Part shown: positions 41,634 to 54,690 of the stretch, piece by piece
Numbering within the stretch: position 1 is the stretch's first letter
Layout of the letters: every line of letters begins with the position of its first letter
Source: the human T2T-CHM13v2.0 reference genome, Homo sapiens
NCBI RefSeq assembly: GCF_009914755.1
Contig: NC_060933.1
DNA: 64,000 bases
Reading direction: 5' to 3' (one strand)
Notes under the pieces: generated by a model
What the model was told of the DNA's origin: nothing
Seen by the model: only the letters and a program-made list of their open reading frames with translations
The model's database searches: none
Position numbers and translations under genes: made by a program

Positions 41634-41766
41634 GGCCTGGTGTGGTGGCTCACGCCTGTAATCCCAGCACTTTGGGAAGCCGGGAGGGAAGATTGCTTGA
41701 GGCTGAGTTCAAGACCAACATGGCCAACATTTCAAGACCCAGCCTCTATTAAAAAAGAAAAAAAAC
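41634..41766 (+). mobile_element. FLAM-type Alu left monomer
   Basis: Single left arm with A-tail; perfect 13-bp TSD acacatatgaaca (41621-41633 / 41767-41779). Confidence 0.9.
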
Positions 41767-41849
41767 ACACATATGAACAATTACAAAACACAAACATGAA
41801 GAAAGTCTTAACAAAGTTCAAAGAATAAATATTATACAGGTCACATTTT

Positions 41850-42283
41850 CTTTCTTCTTTCTTTCCTTTTTATTTATTTATTTTTTAATAATTTCAACTT
41901 TTATTTTAGATTCAGGGGGTGCATGTGCAGGTTTGTTGCCTGGGTATATTGTTTGATGCTGAGGTTTGGGATACAACTGATCCCATCAACCAGGTACTGG
42001 GCATTGTACCCAATAGTTTCAACCTTTTCCACTTCCCCTGTAAGTCCCCAGTGTCTACTGCTGTAATCTCAATGTCCATGAATACCCATTGTTTAGTTCC
42101 CACTTATAAGTGAGAACATGTGGTATTTGGTTTTCTGTTCTTGCATTAACTTACTTAGGATACTAGCCTCAAGCTGCATCCATGTTGCTATAAAGAACAT
42201 GATTTCACTCTTTTTATAGCTGCATAATATTCCATGGAGTATACGTACCACATTTTCTTTATTGATTTCATGTCTTTGCTGTC
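41850..42283 (-). mobile_element. L1PA15-17/L1PB-like 3' end
   Basis: T-rich tail, catgtgcaggtttgtt...cccacttataagtgagaacatgtggtatttgg. Confidence 0.88.
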
Positions 42284-42325
42284 AAATGACATGTTTTCTT
42301 AATTTCCATTTCAAGACAATTGAAA

Positions 42326-42515
42326 TAGAATTTTCAGATAAAATACAGGACATCTAATTAAATATGAATTCCAGATAAATAAATAAATTTTTAGTAAAAG
42401 CATGTTCCCTACAATATTTGATACATGCTTAAATTTAAAAATTATTTGTTGTTTATCTGAAATTCAAATTTCACTGGGCATCCTGTATTTTTATTTTCTA
42501 AATCTGGCAATCCTA
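42326..42515. mobile_element. MER53 (palindromic hAT MITE)
   Basis: cagataaaatacaggaca...gaattccagataaa / tttatctgaaattcaaattt.actgggcatcctgtatttt...tctggcaatccta. Confidence 0.85.
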
Positions 42516-43394
42516 TAAATATAAATCATCAATAAAGATACAGAAAACCAAAGCAAAACAAAACCTAGACTATGCTTTTCTAAAAAATGTACTCCAAATG
42601 TACTCTCTGCATATTAGATCAAAAGAAAATTAAGAAGAAAAGTATCTGAATGAAAAGGGAATGGCAAGGACAAAAGACCCACCCTTCCAGATATTCAAAC
42701 CATTATAAGGCTTTGGTTTTTAAACATGGTAGTATTGCTGCAGAAATAGATACAGAAGGCAGTGAAGCAGAATTGACACACGCATCCTTATATGAAAATT
42801 GGGCATTTGACAGAGGTGATATTACAAGCCCAAGGCTGACAAATGAGTTTTTAATAAGACTCATTGTAACAGTTTATTTTCAAAATGGAAAATAAAGTTA
42901 CGTTACCTCTCAACATGAAATTTCTTTTTATAAATATTGAAAACAAATTAAAAACTTAAAGCTTTAGAAGAATATATAGAATATCTATTTGAGGTCAAGT
43001 TAGGAAAGGATTGTCTTATAGAGAGCACAAAAGAGTACATGAAAAAATATTAATAGCATTGTCTCATTGTCTCTGCATCTTCAAAAAAATGTCTATGGAA
43101 AACGAAAAGACTAGCTACAAACTGAGCAAAGGTACTTTCATTACATATGATCAACAAGGGATAATTAGTAGCAAGTATATGTAAAGAACTCATACAAATA
43201 AGCAAGAGAAAAGCAAATAACTCGATAGAAAAATGGGCATATGATATCAAGAAATAATTTATAGGAAAGGGACAATTTGAACTTCCAGTAACTGAAAAGA
43301 TGTTCAACCACACTAATAATTGGATAGATGAATTATATCACCTAAAAGATAGGCAAAAGAAATAAAAATAAAAATATGTAAATGACAAGTATTG

Positions 43395-43590
43395 TCTGAT
43401 TTCAAAAGTAACTCTGCCCTTTATTAGTTATATCACTATGGCAAGTTATTTAATCTGTCTATGTCAGTTTCTCATCAGTAAAATGAGAACATTAAAGCAA
43501 CTTTGTCACAGAATTGTAAAGAGAATTAAATGAGTTTGTGTTTTCAAAATTCTGAGAACAGAACGTGCCCATTTTTAAGCATTATATAAC
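43395..43590 (+). mobile_element. MIR
   Basis: ggcaagttatttaatct...cagtttctcatcagtaaaatg. Confidence 0.75.
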
Positions 43591-46500
43591 TTTTTGCCAG
43601 ATGAAAGAAATATTGGCAAGGATGTAGGAAAGTGGGAGCTCTCCATGCCTGTGAGTAGAGGTGTATTTTGGAACCCCTACATCGGAAGGCATCTTGATAA
43701 TGTCTAGTTGAAGTTGAAATGTGTATAATTCTAATTTTAACAAGCAGAATACATTCCTAAAACAGCTATGATTTTCCTTGAAAACAGTGTTGAGTCAATA
43801 AAGCAAGTTGCAGAATTATGCATATTGTCTAATATCAATTACATTGTTTAAAAACAAAATAGTGTAGTATAGTATTATGAGCACACAAATACACAGCAAA
43901 ATATAAAGCACAGTCAAGAAGGACACATGCCGACTTCATGACAGTGGTTACTTGATGGAGAAAGCAGTTTGCATTGGGGATAAGTTGAGCAAAATTTAAA
44001 GATAATATGGCAAAAGTTGGCATTTGCTAGTTCTAGGTGCAAAGGATTTTGTTACGTTTCTTTTTCTGGTGTTCTCTGCTTTTGAAATATGTGTCATTGA
44101 AGATACATGAATTTTTCAACAGGGATTTAAGGAAACTGGTACATAAAAATCTATATTTCATATATTAACAATAAAGATTATTATATTTTATAAAACATAA
44201 TTATAGAGCATGTAAAATTTTAGTCATTTTGAATGTAAAAATGAATAAAATAGTCCTAATTGAAAGTTTCTTGATTATTGAAATATTTACAACCAAATAA
44301 TGATAATATTACTATTAGAAATAGTAATGATATGTATTCTAACTAGTTATCTTTTTGAAGCAATTCCGTCGAGGTGGGGGAGGAAAACAGCAAGTATCAC
44401 AGGTGGTATATCTAAGTTTTAGATTATATTATTAATACAGAAATAAGCTTAAATAGTCTTTAAAATATGGAGTTGTTTGCAGGTTCTTTAAATTATTCAT
44501 CTGAATGGCCAATTGACTAAGTAGAAACTCTGACAGCAGGTGATTCAAACTTGAAGTCACTGACACACACTTGAAACATACATATTTTGTCCAGTAATTG
44601 GAAGAAGACCTGCATGCTGTAGATCTCAGGTATGTCAATGGCAAATAGATTTTTTTTTGTTTTAAAAGCTTTGTTATATTTTTGCTTTAATGTTGTGGAT
44701 GGTTAGTAGGAAGGGAATAAACCTCTGAAGAGATGAGTAAATTTGCAAATTTTATTAATGATACTAAAGCTCTTAATATTTATTTAGAAGAGGTTAAATA
44801 TGCAAACTTTTTCTGACTATATAGACTGTGTCTTAGGAAACTAATTTACACCAGACCAATCCAATAACTACTATGACTCATTGCTATGACTCTACAACGT
44901 ATGTTCTGTTATTCATAGTCTTTTAAGACTATGAATAAGAACTTACTAATTTCCTCAATTACAGTTGTATCTATTCCTACATGTCAATCTAGTTTGAGAA
45001 TACAATTTAATAAGCTGGCAAGATCAATGGTTCACCGTGATTTGCTTAGTCATTTCTATTAAACACTTTGTTTACTGTCATCTAGGAGACCTGGTCAATT
45101 AGAGATTTTTCCATTGTAGGGTCAAAAGTCTAATTAGAAATGGCATTTTAATTAAAATATATTAAGTACCAGTTGTGTCCAAAGCTATAATTTTTATTTC
45201 AAAAATCTTTATTAAGTAATGTTTTTACTTAGCTTGACATGGAGCCGAATTTAGCTGCTAATAACAAAAAATCACTGTTAACTTTATTAATGACCATTTA
45301 TCTCCATATTATATTCTAAGTCAATGGTACTAATTTGTTTAAAATAGCTATAATGCTGCTGGCAATTGAATTTTTTCAGTGTTTTCCACTATTAATCATT
45401 GCCTCCCTTTTTTTCCCATCCAGAAATTAGTAGGATGTTTCTGTTGCTTTTTACATTTCGTACCAACACTCTAACTCAGCTGAATGCAAGGCAGATCCAC
45501 AATGGACTATTTAATTCAAACTGGGAATGGAGGCGGTAGGGGAGTTTGGACAGAAAGTAAAAACGTGAAATGCTTCAATTGATTGTATGTCTAACAACTA
45601 CATTAATTAAGATCAGACTATTTCTATCAATTCATTTCCTCATTGCAAGTGGCAGAGATTCTATCAGACAGAAACTGGTGTAAATCCCATGCAAATGATT
45701 TTTATTGAACATGTACTGCTCACATTTTAGGGACTGTATTCTACCTAAATAATGCAGGAGCATGTGATGCCTGCCAAATCCCACACAATGTTGAAACCCC
45801 AGTTAGTGTTTTATCTTTAAAGAGAGAGCTCTGCATCCTTTTGGCAGCTGATGAGTTCAGATAGAAAACATGCCAGGAGTGTGGACCAATGCATTATCAC
45901 ACGCACCCCCCGCCGCATAACTGTGCCTCGTCATATGCCATAACATTGGCAAGCAGAGCCCAGAGCTCTTTAAGAACAAGAAGAAGCTCATAAATAATGG
46001 TTGAATCACACAAGGGATAATTAAATGAGACAACTGAATGCCAATGGACTCCCCAGCAGAAAATGCTCCTCAGTGAGGATCATTCCTGCGCGGTTTTATT
46101 TTCTTTTTCTTTCTCAGTTTTAGTTCTGACTAGCAGTTCATTACTGCAGATACTTTTCAAATGGGAGTGTTTTAAAAAATTGTCAAACTCTGGAAAACAT
46201 TTTGAGACATTTTCATATTTAGGAACATTTCTTCAACATATATAAACATATCAATATATTCTTATTTAAACCTTTTTTAGCTCTAGCCTCACCATTTAAT
46301 GGCATATACCTGCTTGACAAACCAACCACAGATAACACTCTTGAAAAGCAAAAGGGGAAATTTTCATAATGTGCAAAATCTCAGTGAGTTGTGTGTCCTA
46401 CAGTGTGAGTGGAATTCATTCATTCTTTTCATTTAGGATAAATGCACATCAATGTTATAGCTGCCTCCTCATTCTTAAAAAATGAGATTCACAATGAATT

Positions 46501-47029
46501 TCAATGTTTCTCCACCAACCTCCTCCGAATTCTTTTTCAGAAATGCTTAATGTTTCTGGCTTGACAGCTTTGTGCTCAAGGTTGACAGGATATTTTTAGT
46601 ATCCCAAGTATTTTAAAGGCTCAGAAAAATCTAGCTCTGGTTTGCTTGTTTATGAAATACATTTAGCAGACAATTACAGTTCATTTAATATGCATTCATT
46701 GCTGTCTGAGAAAAAAATGCCTTCAGCTTTTTTGGCAAAATGAAGAGAAATATGTATTTTCTCACACTGAGGCCACTCAGAACAGGGCATACTCACTAAT
46801 CACTGAGGATTGGGCACCTCGGACAGTAAAAGGGAAGAGGTATAGAAGGAGGTAAACCTAGTTCAGCTCTACTTCTTAATCAAGGAAAGGACAAAGAGCC
46901 TGGGGTCACCAGCCTAACACGTTTAAATTTAGTAACGATAAGATAATCCTGCATAGCATTGCAAAACTGCACCCAATTTCAGGCAGGCTTCTGAAAAGTT
47001 AAGTGAAAATTTACATTATCACCTCTGCC

Positions 47030-48230
47030 AGTCATCAAATATTTATTTAGCACCTATCATGTGCCAGGCCTTGTGGTCAGTTTTGGAGCTAAAAATGTAA
47101 ATAGAATAAGGTTGGTCACTGCTCCCTTGATGATTTCTATCCAACAAAAAGGGCAGAACAAAGAAATAATTAATTAAAACAGCAATGATATCTCTGACAC
47201 AACACAGTATCACTTATGCATTATTCCAGCCTGAAAGGCAAAGTATAAATCTCACCATAATAAAACATTGCACAAAACCAAAACTGAAAATGTTCTCCTG
47301 AAAAGGAAAAGGCAAGTTTTTTTTAAAAAACATTGATTTCTTGAAAAAGACCATAGAAGGTATGGAAATTGTATGAGACTAAATGTTTTAAAATTAAAGA
47401 GATAAGATAATCGAATGAGCCTACACTGTATCCAGTATTACTAAAAATGCTTTAAAAAGACATTAGTGGGTGAATTAACAAAAGATATTATATAGATCGT
47501 AATTAGATAAAAGTAATGTGCCAATGTAAAGCTTACTAAAGGTGATTACTGTGGTTATGAAAGACAATATCTCTATTCTTAGAAAATACACACAGATGTA
47601 TTTAGGGATAAATACGTCATCCTATTTGCATAATGTATGCAACCTACACCCAAATGGTTAAAAAGAAAAACCTATGTATGTGGTGTGTGTGTATGTGTGA
47701 GAGAGAGAGAGAGAAAGAGGAAGAGAGAGAGTGAGAGAGAGAAAAGAGAATGCCAACAATAAGGCTAATAAGACAAAATATTAACAACAGGTGAATCTGG
47801 CCAAAGGATTCTATTTACTATTCTTGAAACTTCTTGGTAACTACGAAATTATAAACTGATAATAAGGAAAGTTTTTTGCTGAAAAGGAGTTGCACACTGT
47901 GCTATGAGCCATGTAGGAAGTAATTTAACCGAGTCTCTAAGGGAGCTTGCCTTAGAAAGTAACACGTACAATGATGCCTGAAAGACAAAGAGGAGCGTAG
48001 GGGTGAAGTGAAGAGCGTGATGTGTTAGGAAATCATTCTAGGCACCAACATTCTTGAAGACCTTGAGATAGTTGAGTGTTCAGACCAGAGAAGTCCTATA
48101 TAGCCAGAGCACAGAAGTGTCAGAGAGAATGGGCTGAGAGGAAAATAGAAGGGGAGGCAGGGGCCTGATCATGTGGAGTCTCATACGCCAAGTCACAAGA
48201 TTGGATAAGTCTGGCAATGTCTTGACAACT
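47030..48230 (-). mobile_element. L2 fragment split by an L1MC insertion
   Basis: caaatatttatttagcacctatcatgtgccaggc; resumes ~47860 (ggaggcaggggcctgatcatgtgg). Confidence 0.6.
47190..47858 (+). mobile_element. L1MC-type 3' UTR fragment containing a (TG)n(GA)n tract
   Basis: tattcttagaaaatacacacagatgtatttaggg...gtgaatctgg...tattcttgaaactt. Confidence 0.65.
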
Positions 48231-51025
48231 AGTGTAATGTAATTCAAGGCAAAGGAAAGAAGCAGAACGATTCTTTTGCATTATTAAAAATAAATTTTAA
48301 AAGATCTTTGAAGGGTAAAGGGTCTGTCTTGTCAACTAGAATCCAACCTGAGACCCCAAATGGTGAGGGCTTGCACACATTCCCTCCTCCTTTCTCAGGA
48401 TCCAGAGGACTCAACTCTATTCCCACCTCATCCATTGATGAAACGTAAAGTAAGAAGAGGCCCCATGCCAGAGATGGTAGGACGGTATCATTCGAAGAGG
48501 ACTTGTTAATGAATGAGTCATGGAAGCCAATGGGCTAAGGAAGAGAGAGGTAGGAAGAAGTTACAGGAAGGATGTTCTCAACAAACCTCCACAGGATATC
48601 CTCAGAGACTAGAGGTTAACGTTTAAGGTCTCAGGCCCAGGGATTTGTCTTAGGGAAAGTCAAAGAGAATAATGAAGCCCTCTCTTAAATTACTATTTTC
48701 TATTTGCATTTGACTTTATCACTTGAGTTTCAAGTGAAGGGCTAACCAGGACCTCCTCTAGTGTTTCTGTGTGTTTCGCCACCTAAGAGATTAAGACTTC
48801 TTTGTGTTACGTTTTTCTTCCATGACAATAGGTTTAGTTTGAGATGACAGAATTTTACAAAGATAACTTATCCCAATGCACTGCAATGAGGGCACTGTAT
48901 TGTGGCAAAGACTAGGGTAATGAAAGGGAAAGAAAGATGTCTGGGAAACTAGTTATAAGGCTGCTGAATTATCCAGATGGCATCCATCCATGGATACCTC
49001 AGTTACACCCATGTTGGTGATGACATATCTTTATGACTTATTTATGAGTCTTATCCTTTTATATGTTTTGGAGAGAAATCTGTTTTCATAGTTTGAACTA
49101 GCTTAAAATAAGATACCCTTATGAATTAACAACCTAACCCCTTGGAATTTCATACCCTGCAACAAATTTATCATGTACACCGTTATATGGATAATCTAGA
49201 TCCCAAAAGCATTCTGCTAACTAGGGTTTTACCCCTAATCATGGTAAAAATGAATAGCCTGAACTATCCAAGAAATTGTGTCATCAACCACAGAGCCTCT
49301 AAGAACCTACCTAGGGCATAGGCTGCATTCCCTTAAGAATACAGAAGGGCCCTCAAGGTGAAGAGGTTGGCACAGAACTGCTAGGAATTGAGATAACCCT
49401 GACACCTTTTAAATTTGCAATGTATTCCACTAGGTGCTGACTGTAGATGAAGTTCATTAAAGTCAAAATATGTGTTAGATTAGCAGTCTTTTTAATTTTT
49501 AATAGGCTTAGAATGCTTTGTTTATGTATATGTCTTTGGTAAAAATCAATTGTTTTTAAAATATTAAGTTTTGATTCATAAAACCAAAGAAACTATATCT
49601 ATTTTTGAGGTCAAAATAAATGTGTAAGCCATAAATGAATAAAAGTCCTCTATGTTCTCAGAACTTGAATGTAAGAATATTATTGACTTCCTACAGTTTT
49701 TCTCATGAAAATTATAAAATATGAGAATAATTTGAAAAAAAATATATGATTCTCTAGGACTCATACACTTATTGCTAATTAGCATGGGGAGCTGAAACAA
49801 ACATATAAGTTATCAATTAATCTTTATATTGTGTGCTTAATTTGCCCAACAGTTGCTTACCCCTAAAGTACAATCACACATGCATTAAATGGGAAAAATG
49901 CAGATCAAATCCAGTATTTAGAGGTCAATAATTTTTCTCTAAGGAACTTGAAATGAGCTGCAAATTGTTCATTTCATCCTCACAACTTGCCTTTGAGGCA
50001 GAGAATACTCATAACTTTGATTGAGAGGACATATGTCACAATATGATAGAGAAATTGGGAACAGGGTAGCAGAGCAGTCATTGTCTGAACAAAGGTTAAA
50101 GCCCAGTTCTGTACCTTTCCCTCTGCCATTTCTATTCATTGAACTTTGATAGCACTCACAAAAAGCATCACTCTCTCAACCAGAATCTCTGCCCTTGTCT
50201 CACACCACACTCATCCAGGAAGGCTCAGACCTCCCTCCTCTACCCCACCCCCAGTCACCATGCTAACTCATCCCTTCCATTGGAAGCTCTTGAGCTCCTC
50301 CATCAGAAGTCTCCTGAGAGCTTGCCACTATCCTGGAATGTAGCTGTATCCTGGGTAACCAAGATCAACTGAAGCTGGCCAGTAACTCTACGTGGATATG
50401 AAGGGGCTAGACTGGTGGTGCTATGCTACATGCATCTGCAAGGATCTGTATTTTGAGAAAAAAAAATGCAGTTTAAACAATAGAATTTACTGGTTTATGT
50501 AACTCAGTATTTTGCAGGAAGGTTGACTTCAGTTAGTAGTAGACCAAGAGTTGTTTCTCTGTATCTCTCTGCTTTGCGTTCTATGGCTTGGCCTCCACCC
50601 TCAGATTCCATAGGCCACTTTCATAGCTCAAGAGTCTCATCGTCAGGTCCAGGCTTTATGCCAAATTGTTGCATTCCCTTGCTAGGGCTGCCATAGCAAA
50701 GTACCACAGACTAGGAGACTTAAATGTGGTTACTTATTTCTTTACACTTCTGGAAGTCCAAGATCAAGGTGTTAGCAGGGTTGGTTTCATTTTGAAGCCT
50801 CTGTCTTTTGGTTCACAGATGTCCATCTTCTCCCTGTGTCTTCATGTGGGCTTTCACTGTTGCATGTCTCTGTACTCATTTATCTTTTTTTTTTGTCTTT
50901 CTTCAATTTAGGATTTTATTTCCCTTTAAGTAGCAAAATTTTTATTTTCTCAAAGAAAAGGAAGTGGCAGCTGCACACAGAGTGGTGTGTCCTGACATTT
51001 TTATTTGTTTGCAAGTTTTATTTCC

Positions 51026-53512
51026 TTTTTTTATTGATATAAAAAAAGCTGTACATATTAGGGGGTACAAGTGGTATTTTGATACAAGCATACAATATAT
51101 AATAATCAAATCAAGGCAATTGGGATATCCATCATTTCAAACATTTATCTGTGTTGGGAAAACTTCATTTTCTTCTAGCTATTTTGAAATATACGATAAA
51201 TTATTGTTAACTATTGTCACTCTACTGTACTATTGAATACTAAAGCTTATTCTTTCTATTTAACTGTATTTTTGTACCCATTAGTCAGCTTCTTTTCATC
51301 CCGCCTCCCCACCCGACACACACACACACACCCTTTACAGCCTCTGGTAACCATCTTTCTACTCTCTATCTTCATAATTTCAATTGTTTTGACTTTTAGA
51401 TCTCACAAATAAGTGAGAATATGTGATGTTTGTCTTTCTGTGCCTGGCTTACTTTACTAAATATACTGACCTCCCAGTAAGTTCTATCCATATTGCTGCA
51501 GATGACAGGATTCCATTCTATTTTATGGCCAAGTAGTATTCCATTGTGTATATTTACCACATTTTCTTTATTCATTCATCCATTAATGAACACTGGCTCA
51601 TTCCATATCCTGGCTATTATGAATAGTGCTGCAATAAATAAAGGAGGGCAGATATATCTTCAGTATACTAATTTCCATTATTTTGGGGGTATACCCATCA
51701 GTGGCATTGTTGGATCATATAGTAGTTCCATTTTAGGTTATTTCAGATTATTTGTTCCTGTGGGTTTGGGGGGTTTCGTTTGTTCGGTTGGTTGGTTTAT
51801 TGGTTGGTTTTTGCAATTGAGTTGTTTGAGTTACTAATATACTCCGGTTATCAATCTCGTGTTAGAAGAATAGTTTGCAAATATTTTCTTCTGTTCTGTG
51901 GGTTGTCTCTTCACTTTGTTGATTGTTTTCTTTGCTGTACAGAAGCTTTTTAGCTTGATGTAATCCCATTTGTCTATTTTTGCTTTTGTTGCTTACACTG
52001 TTGATGTCTTACCCAAAAATCATTGTCCAAACCAACATCTCTAGCATTTTCTCAATGATTTCTTTTAGTTTTTTTGTAGTTTCAAGTTTTATATTTAATT
52101 GTTCAGTCCATTTTGCATTGAGTTCTGTGTATGGTGAAAGACAGGGTCCTAGTTTAACTCTTCTGCATATGGATATTCAGTTTTCCAAGCACCACTTTTT
52201 AATGACACCGTTCTTACTCTAATGTATGCTGTATTAGTCCATTTTCATGCTGCTATGGAGAAATACCCGAGACTGGGTAATTTATAAAGAAAAGTGGTTA
52301 AATTGACTCACCATTCTACATGGCTGAGGAGGCCTCAAGAAACTTAAAATCATGGCAGAAGGCACCTCTTCACAGAGAGACAGGAGAGAGAATGATTGCC
52401 AGCAGATGAAATGCCAGACACTAATAAAACCATCACATCTGGTGAGACTCACTCATTATCAAGAGAACATCATGGGGGAACCACCCCAATGATTCGGTTA
52501 CCTCCACCTGGTCCCTCCCTTGACACGTGGGGGTTATGGGGATTACAATTCAAGGTGAGATTTGGGTGGGGACACAGAGCCAAACTCTATCATATGCACT
52601 TGATACCTTTGAAAAAAAGGAGTCAGCTGTAAGTGCATGGATTTATTTATGTTATCTATTTTATTCCATTGGTCTATGTGTCCATTTATATGCCAGTAGC
52701 ATGCTGTTTTGGTTGCTATAGCTTTGTAGTATAATTTGAAGTCAGGTAGTGTGATGCCTCCAGGTGTGTTCTTTTTGCTCAAGACATTTTTTTAGTTATT
52801 TGAGGTCTTTTTTGGTTCCATATGAGTTTTAGGATTGTTTATTCTGTTTATGTGAAGACTGTCATTGGTATTTTGATAGGGATTGCATTGAATCTGTAGA
52901 TTGCTTTAGGTAGTAGGGACACTTTAACAATATCAATTCTTCTAGTCGATGAGCATAGAATATCTTTCCATTTTTTTCATGTCCTTTGCAATTTCCTTCA
53001 TTGGTGTTTTATAATTTTCCTTGTCAAGATCTTTCACTTGTTTGGTCAAATGTATTCCCACTTTTTTTTTTTTTTTTTTTTTTGGTTATTGTAAAGGGGA
53101 TTGCTTTCTTGATTTTTTTTAGATTAACTATTGTTACCATATAGAAATACTACTGATGTTTGTATATCGGTTCTCTATCTTGCAACTTTACTGGATTTAT
53201 TAATCAGTTTTAAGAGTCTTTTAGTGAAGTCCAAGATGTTATAAATATAAGATCATGTCTCTGCAAACAAGAATAATTTGACTTCTTCCTTTCTAATTTG
53301 GATGTCCTTTATTTCTCTCACCTAACTGCTCTGGCTAAGACTTCCAGGACTACAATGAATAGTAGTGGTGAGGGTGGGCATCCTTATCTTGCTTCATATC
53401 TTACGGGAAAGGCTTTCCATTATTCCCCATTCAGTATGATATTAGCTGTGGGTTTGTCATATCTGGTCTTTATCATTTTGAGGTATAGTTATTCTATACT
53501 CAACTTGTTGAG
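51026..53512 (-). mobile_element. 5'-truncated L1MA (L1MA4-like)
   Basis: Antisense L1MA 3' UTR; ORF2 remnant [20 protein letters not shown] in ORF 52543-52782. Confidence 0.9.
52230..52592 (-). mobile_element. THE1D/MSTA-like solo LTR inside the L1MA
   Basis: tgtattagtcc...gacacagagccaaactctatca; perfect 5-bp TSD TATGC. Confidence 0.92.
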
Positions 53513-54079
53513 AGAGACTAACCTCTTTTTATTAAAGCACCAGTCTTATTGGATGAGGACCCATTCTAGTGATCTTAATTATGTCTTTAAAGGTTCTCTC
53601 TCCAAATACAGTCAAACTCTGAAGTACTAGGTGTTTGGACTTCAGTATATGAATTTTGCAGGGGCACAGTCCAGCTCATTACGGTGGTCAACTAGACAAT
53701 TAAGATACATAGGATGAGGTTTCTGAGAAAGAATGATGGTTATCCCTGGTAATTCCTATGAAAGAGAGAGCTTGCTTCACTTTCGCAGGAGTCTCAGAAA
53801 ATCTATTGTTGCTGATCTTATCAGTGTTTAGGGGGTCAGGTGCCGTTCTTGAAACATTCGTCATGGCCAGAGAGGTGAGATTAGACTGTCATTTTGGCCC
53901 ATCCTTAAAAGTGGAGGGGAACTCCAAATCACATGGAGAAGAATAGGAAAGTAGTGGTTTCCCAAAAGAAATTTGGGATATTACTAGTAAGTGGTAGGAA
54001 TACTAAACAATCCTAAATAAAACCCATGTACTGCCTTAACTCAACCTAAAAGGTGGCAAAATCCTTCAAGCTATAAAAA

Positions 54080-54690
54080 TAGAAAATCACTGTATTGCAT
54101 TAACCATAATAGTTATTGACTCAGACAAGAAAACCAATGAGTATAGAAATGTTGGGGAACAAGATATTCATTGTGTCAATGTATCACTTTACAGGCTACA
54201 TATTAATTACAATGCAAAAGTCTGGAAGATACCAATTAACCAAAACGGTGTAATTTAGCAATCAGTGAGACACAGAAATCACAAGATCACCTAGATAATA
54301 TTTCTGCAAAAAAAGTTTCACTTGAATGTAATCATGAGGAAAAAAATCCAAAATAAGGGACATTTTTCAACAAATGCTTTCAAAAATGCCAGTATCATAA
54401 AAATCATAAAAAGGGTGGTGAATTATGCTAGATTAAGGAGACTAATGAAACAAAATGTAATGTATGATTTTGATTGGATTTTGAATCAAATAAGACAACA
54501 ACAAAATATTTTAAAAGGCACCATTGAGACAATTGGAGAAATTTGCATATGAACTATACATAAGATAATAGAATTGTCAGTGTTAAATTTACATAGTATA
54601 ATAATTGTATTTTGTTTATGGATGAGAATGTCCTCGTTGTTAGGCAATACATGCTGAAATATATCAGCGAGTATTTGAATGCTAAAAATC
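54080..54690 (+). mobile_element. Old L1M 3' UTR fragment
   Basis: ttgaatgtaatcatgagga...attgagacaattggagaaattt...cagtgttaaattt. Confidence 0.6.

Larger units (their letters stand above)
40560..44090 (+). mobile_element. Highly decayed L1ME-type element carrying younger insertions
   Basis: A-rich strand with ORF2-like remnants (aatgaattaaactcactaattaaaa; aaaaatgggcatatgatat; aaaagatgttcaaccacactaataat) and an L1ME-type 3' UTR. Confidence 0.6.
50667..53683 (-). mobile_element. MLT1A-like LTR split by an L1 (parts 50667-50884 and 53518-53683)
   Basis: gctagggctgccatagcaaagtaccacagact...gtccaagatcaaggtg; resumes caccagtc.tattggat...ctctccaaatacagtca. Confidence 0.8.
50445..54030 (-). mobile_element. 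Old MaLR LTR (MLT1K-like), outer layer of a nested cluster (parts 50445-50666 and 53684-54030)
   Basis: aatttactggtttatgtaact...; gggtcaggtgcc.ttcttgaa.ca.tc.tcatggccaga...ggtttcccaaaagaaa. Confidence 0.55.
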
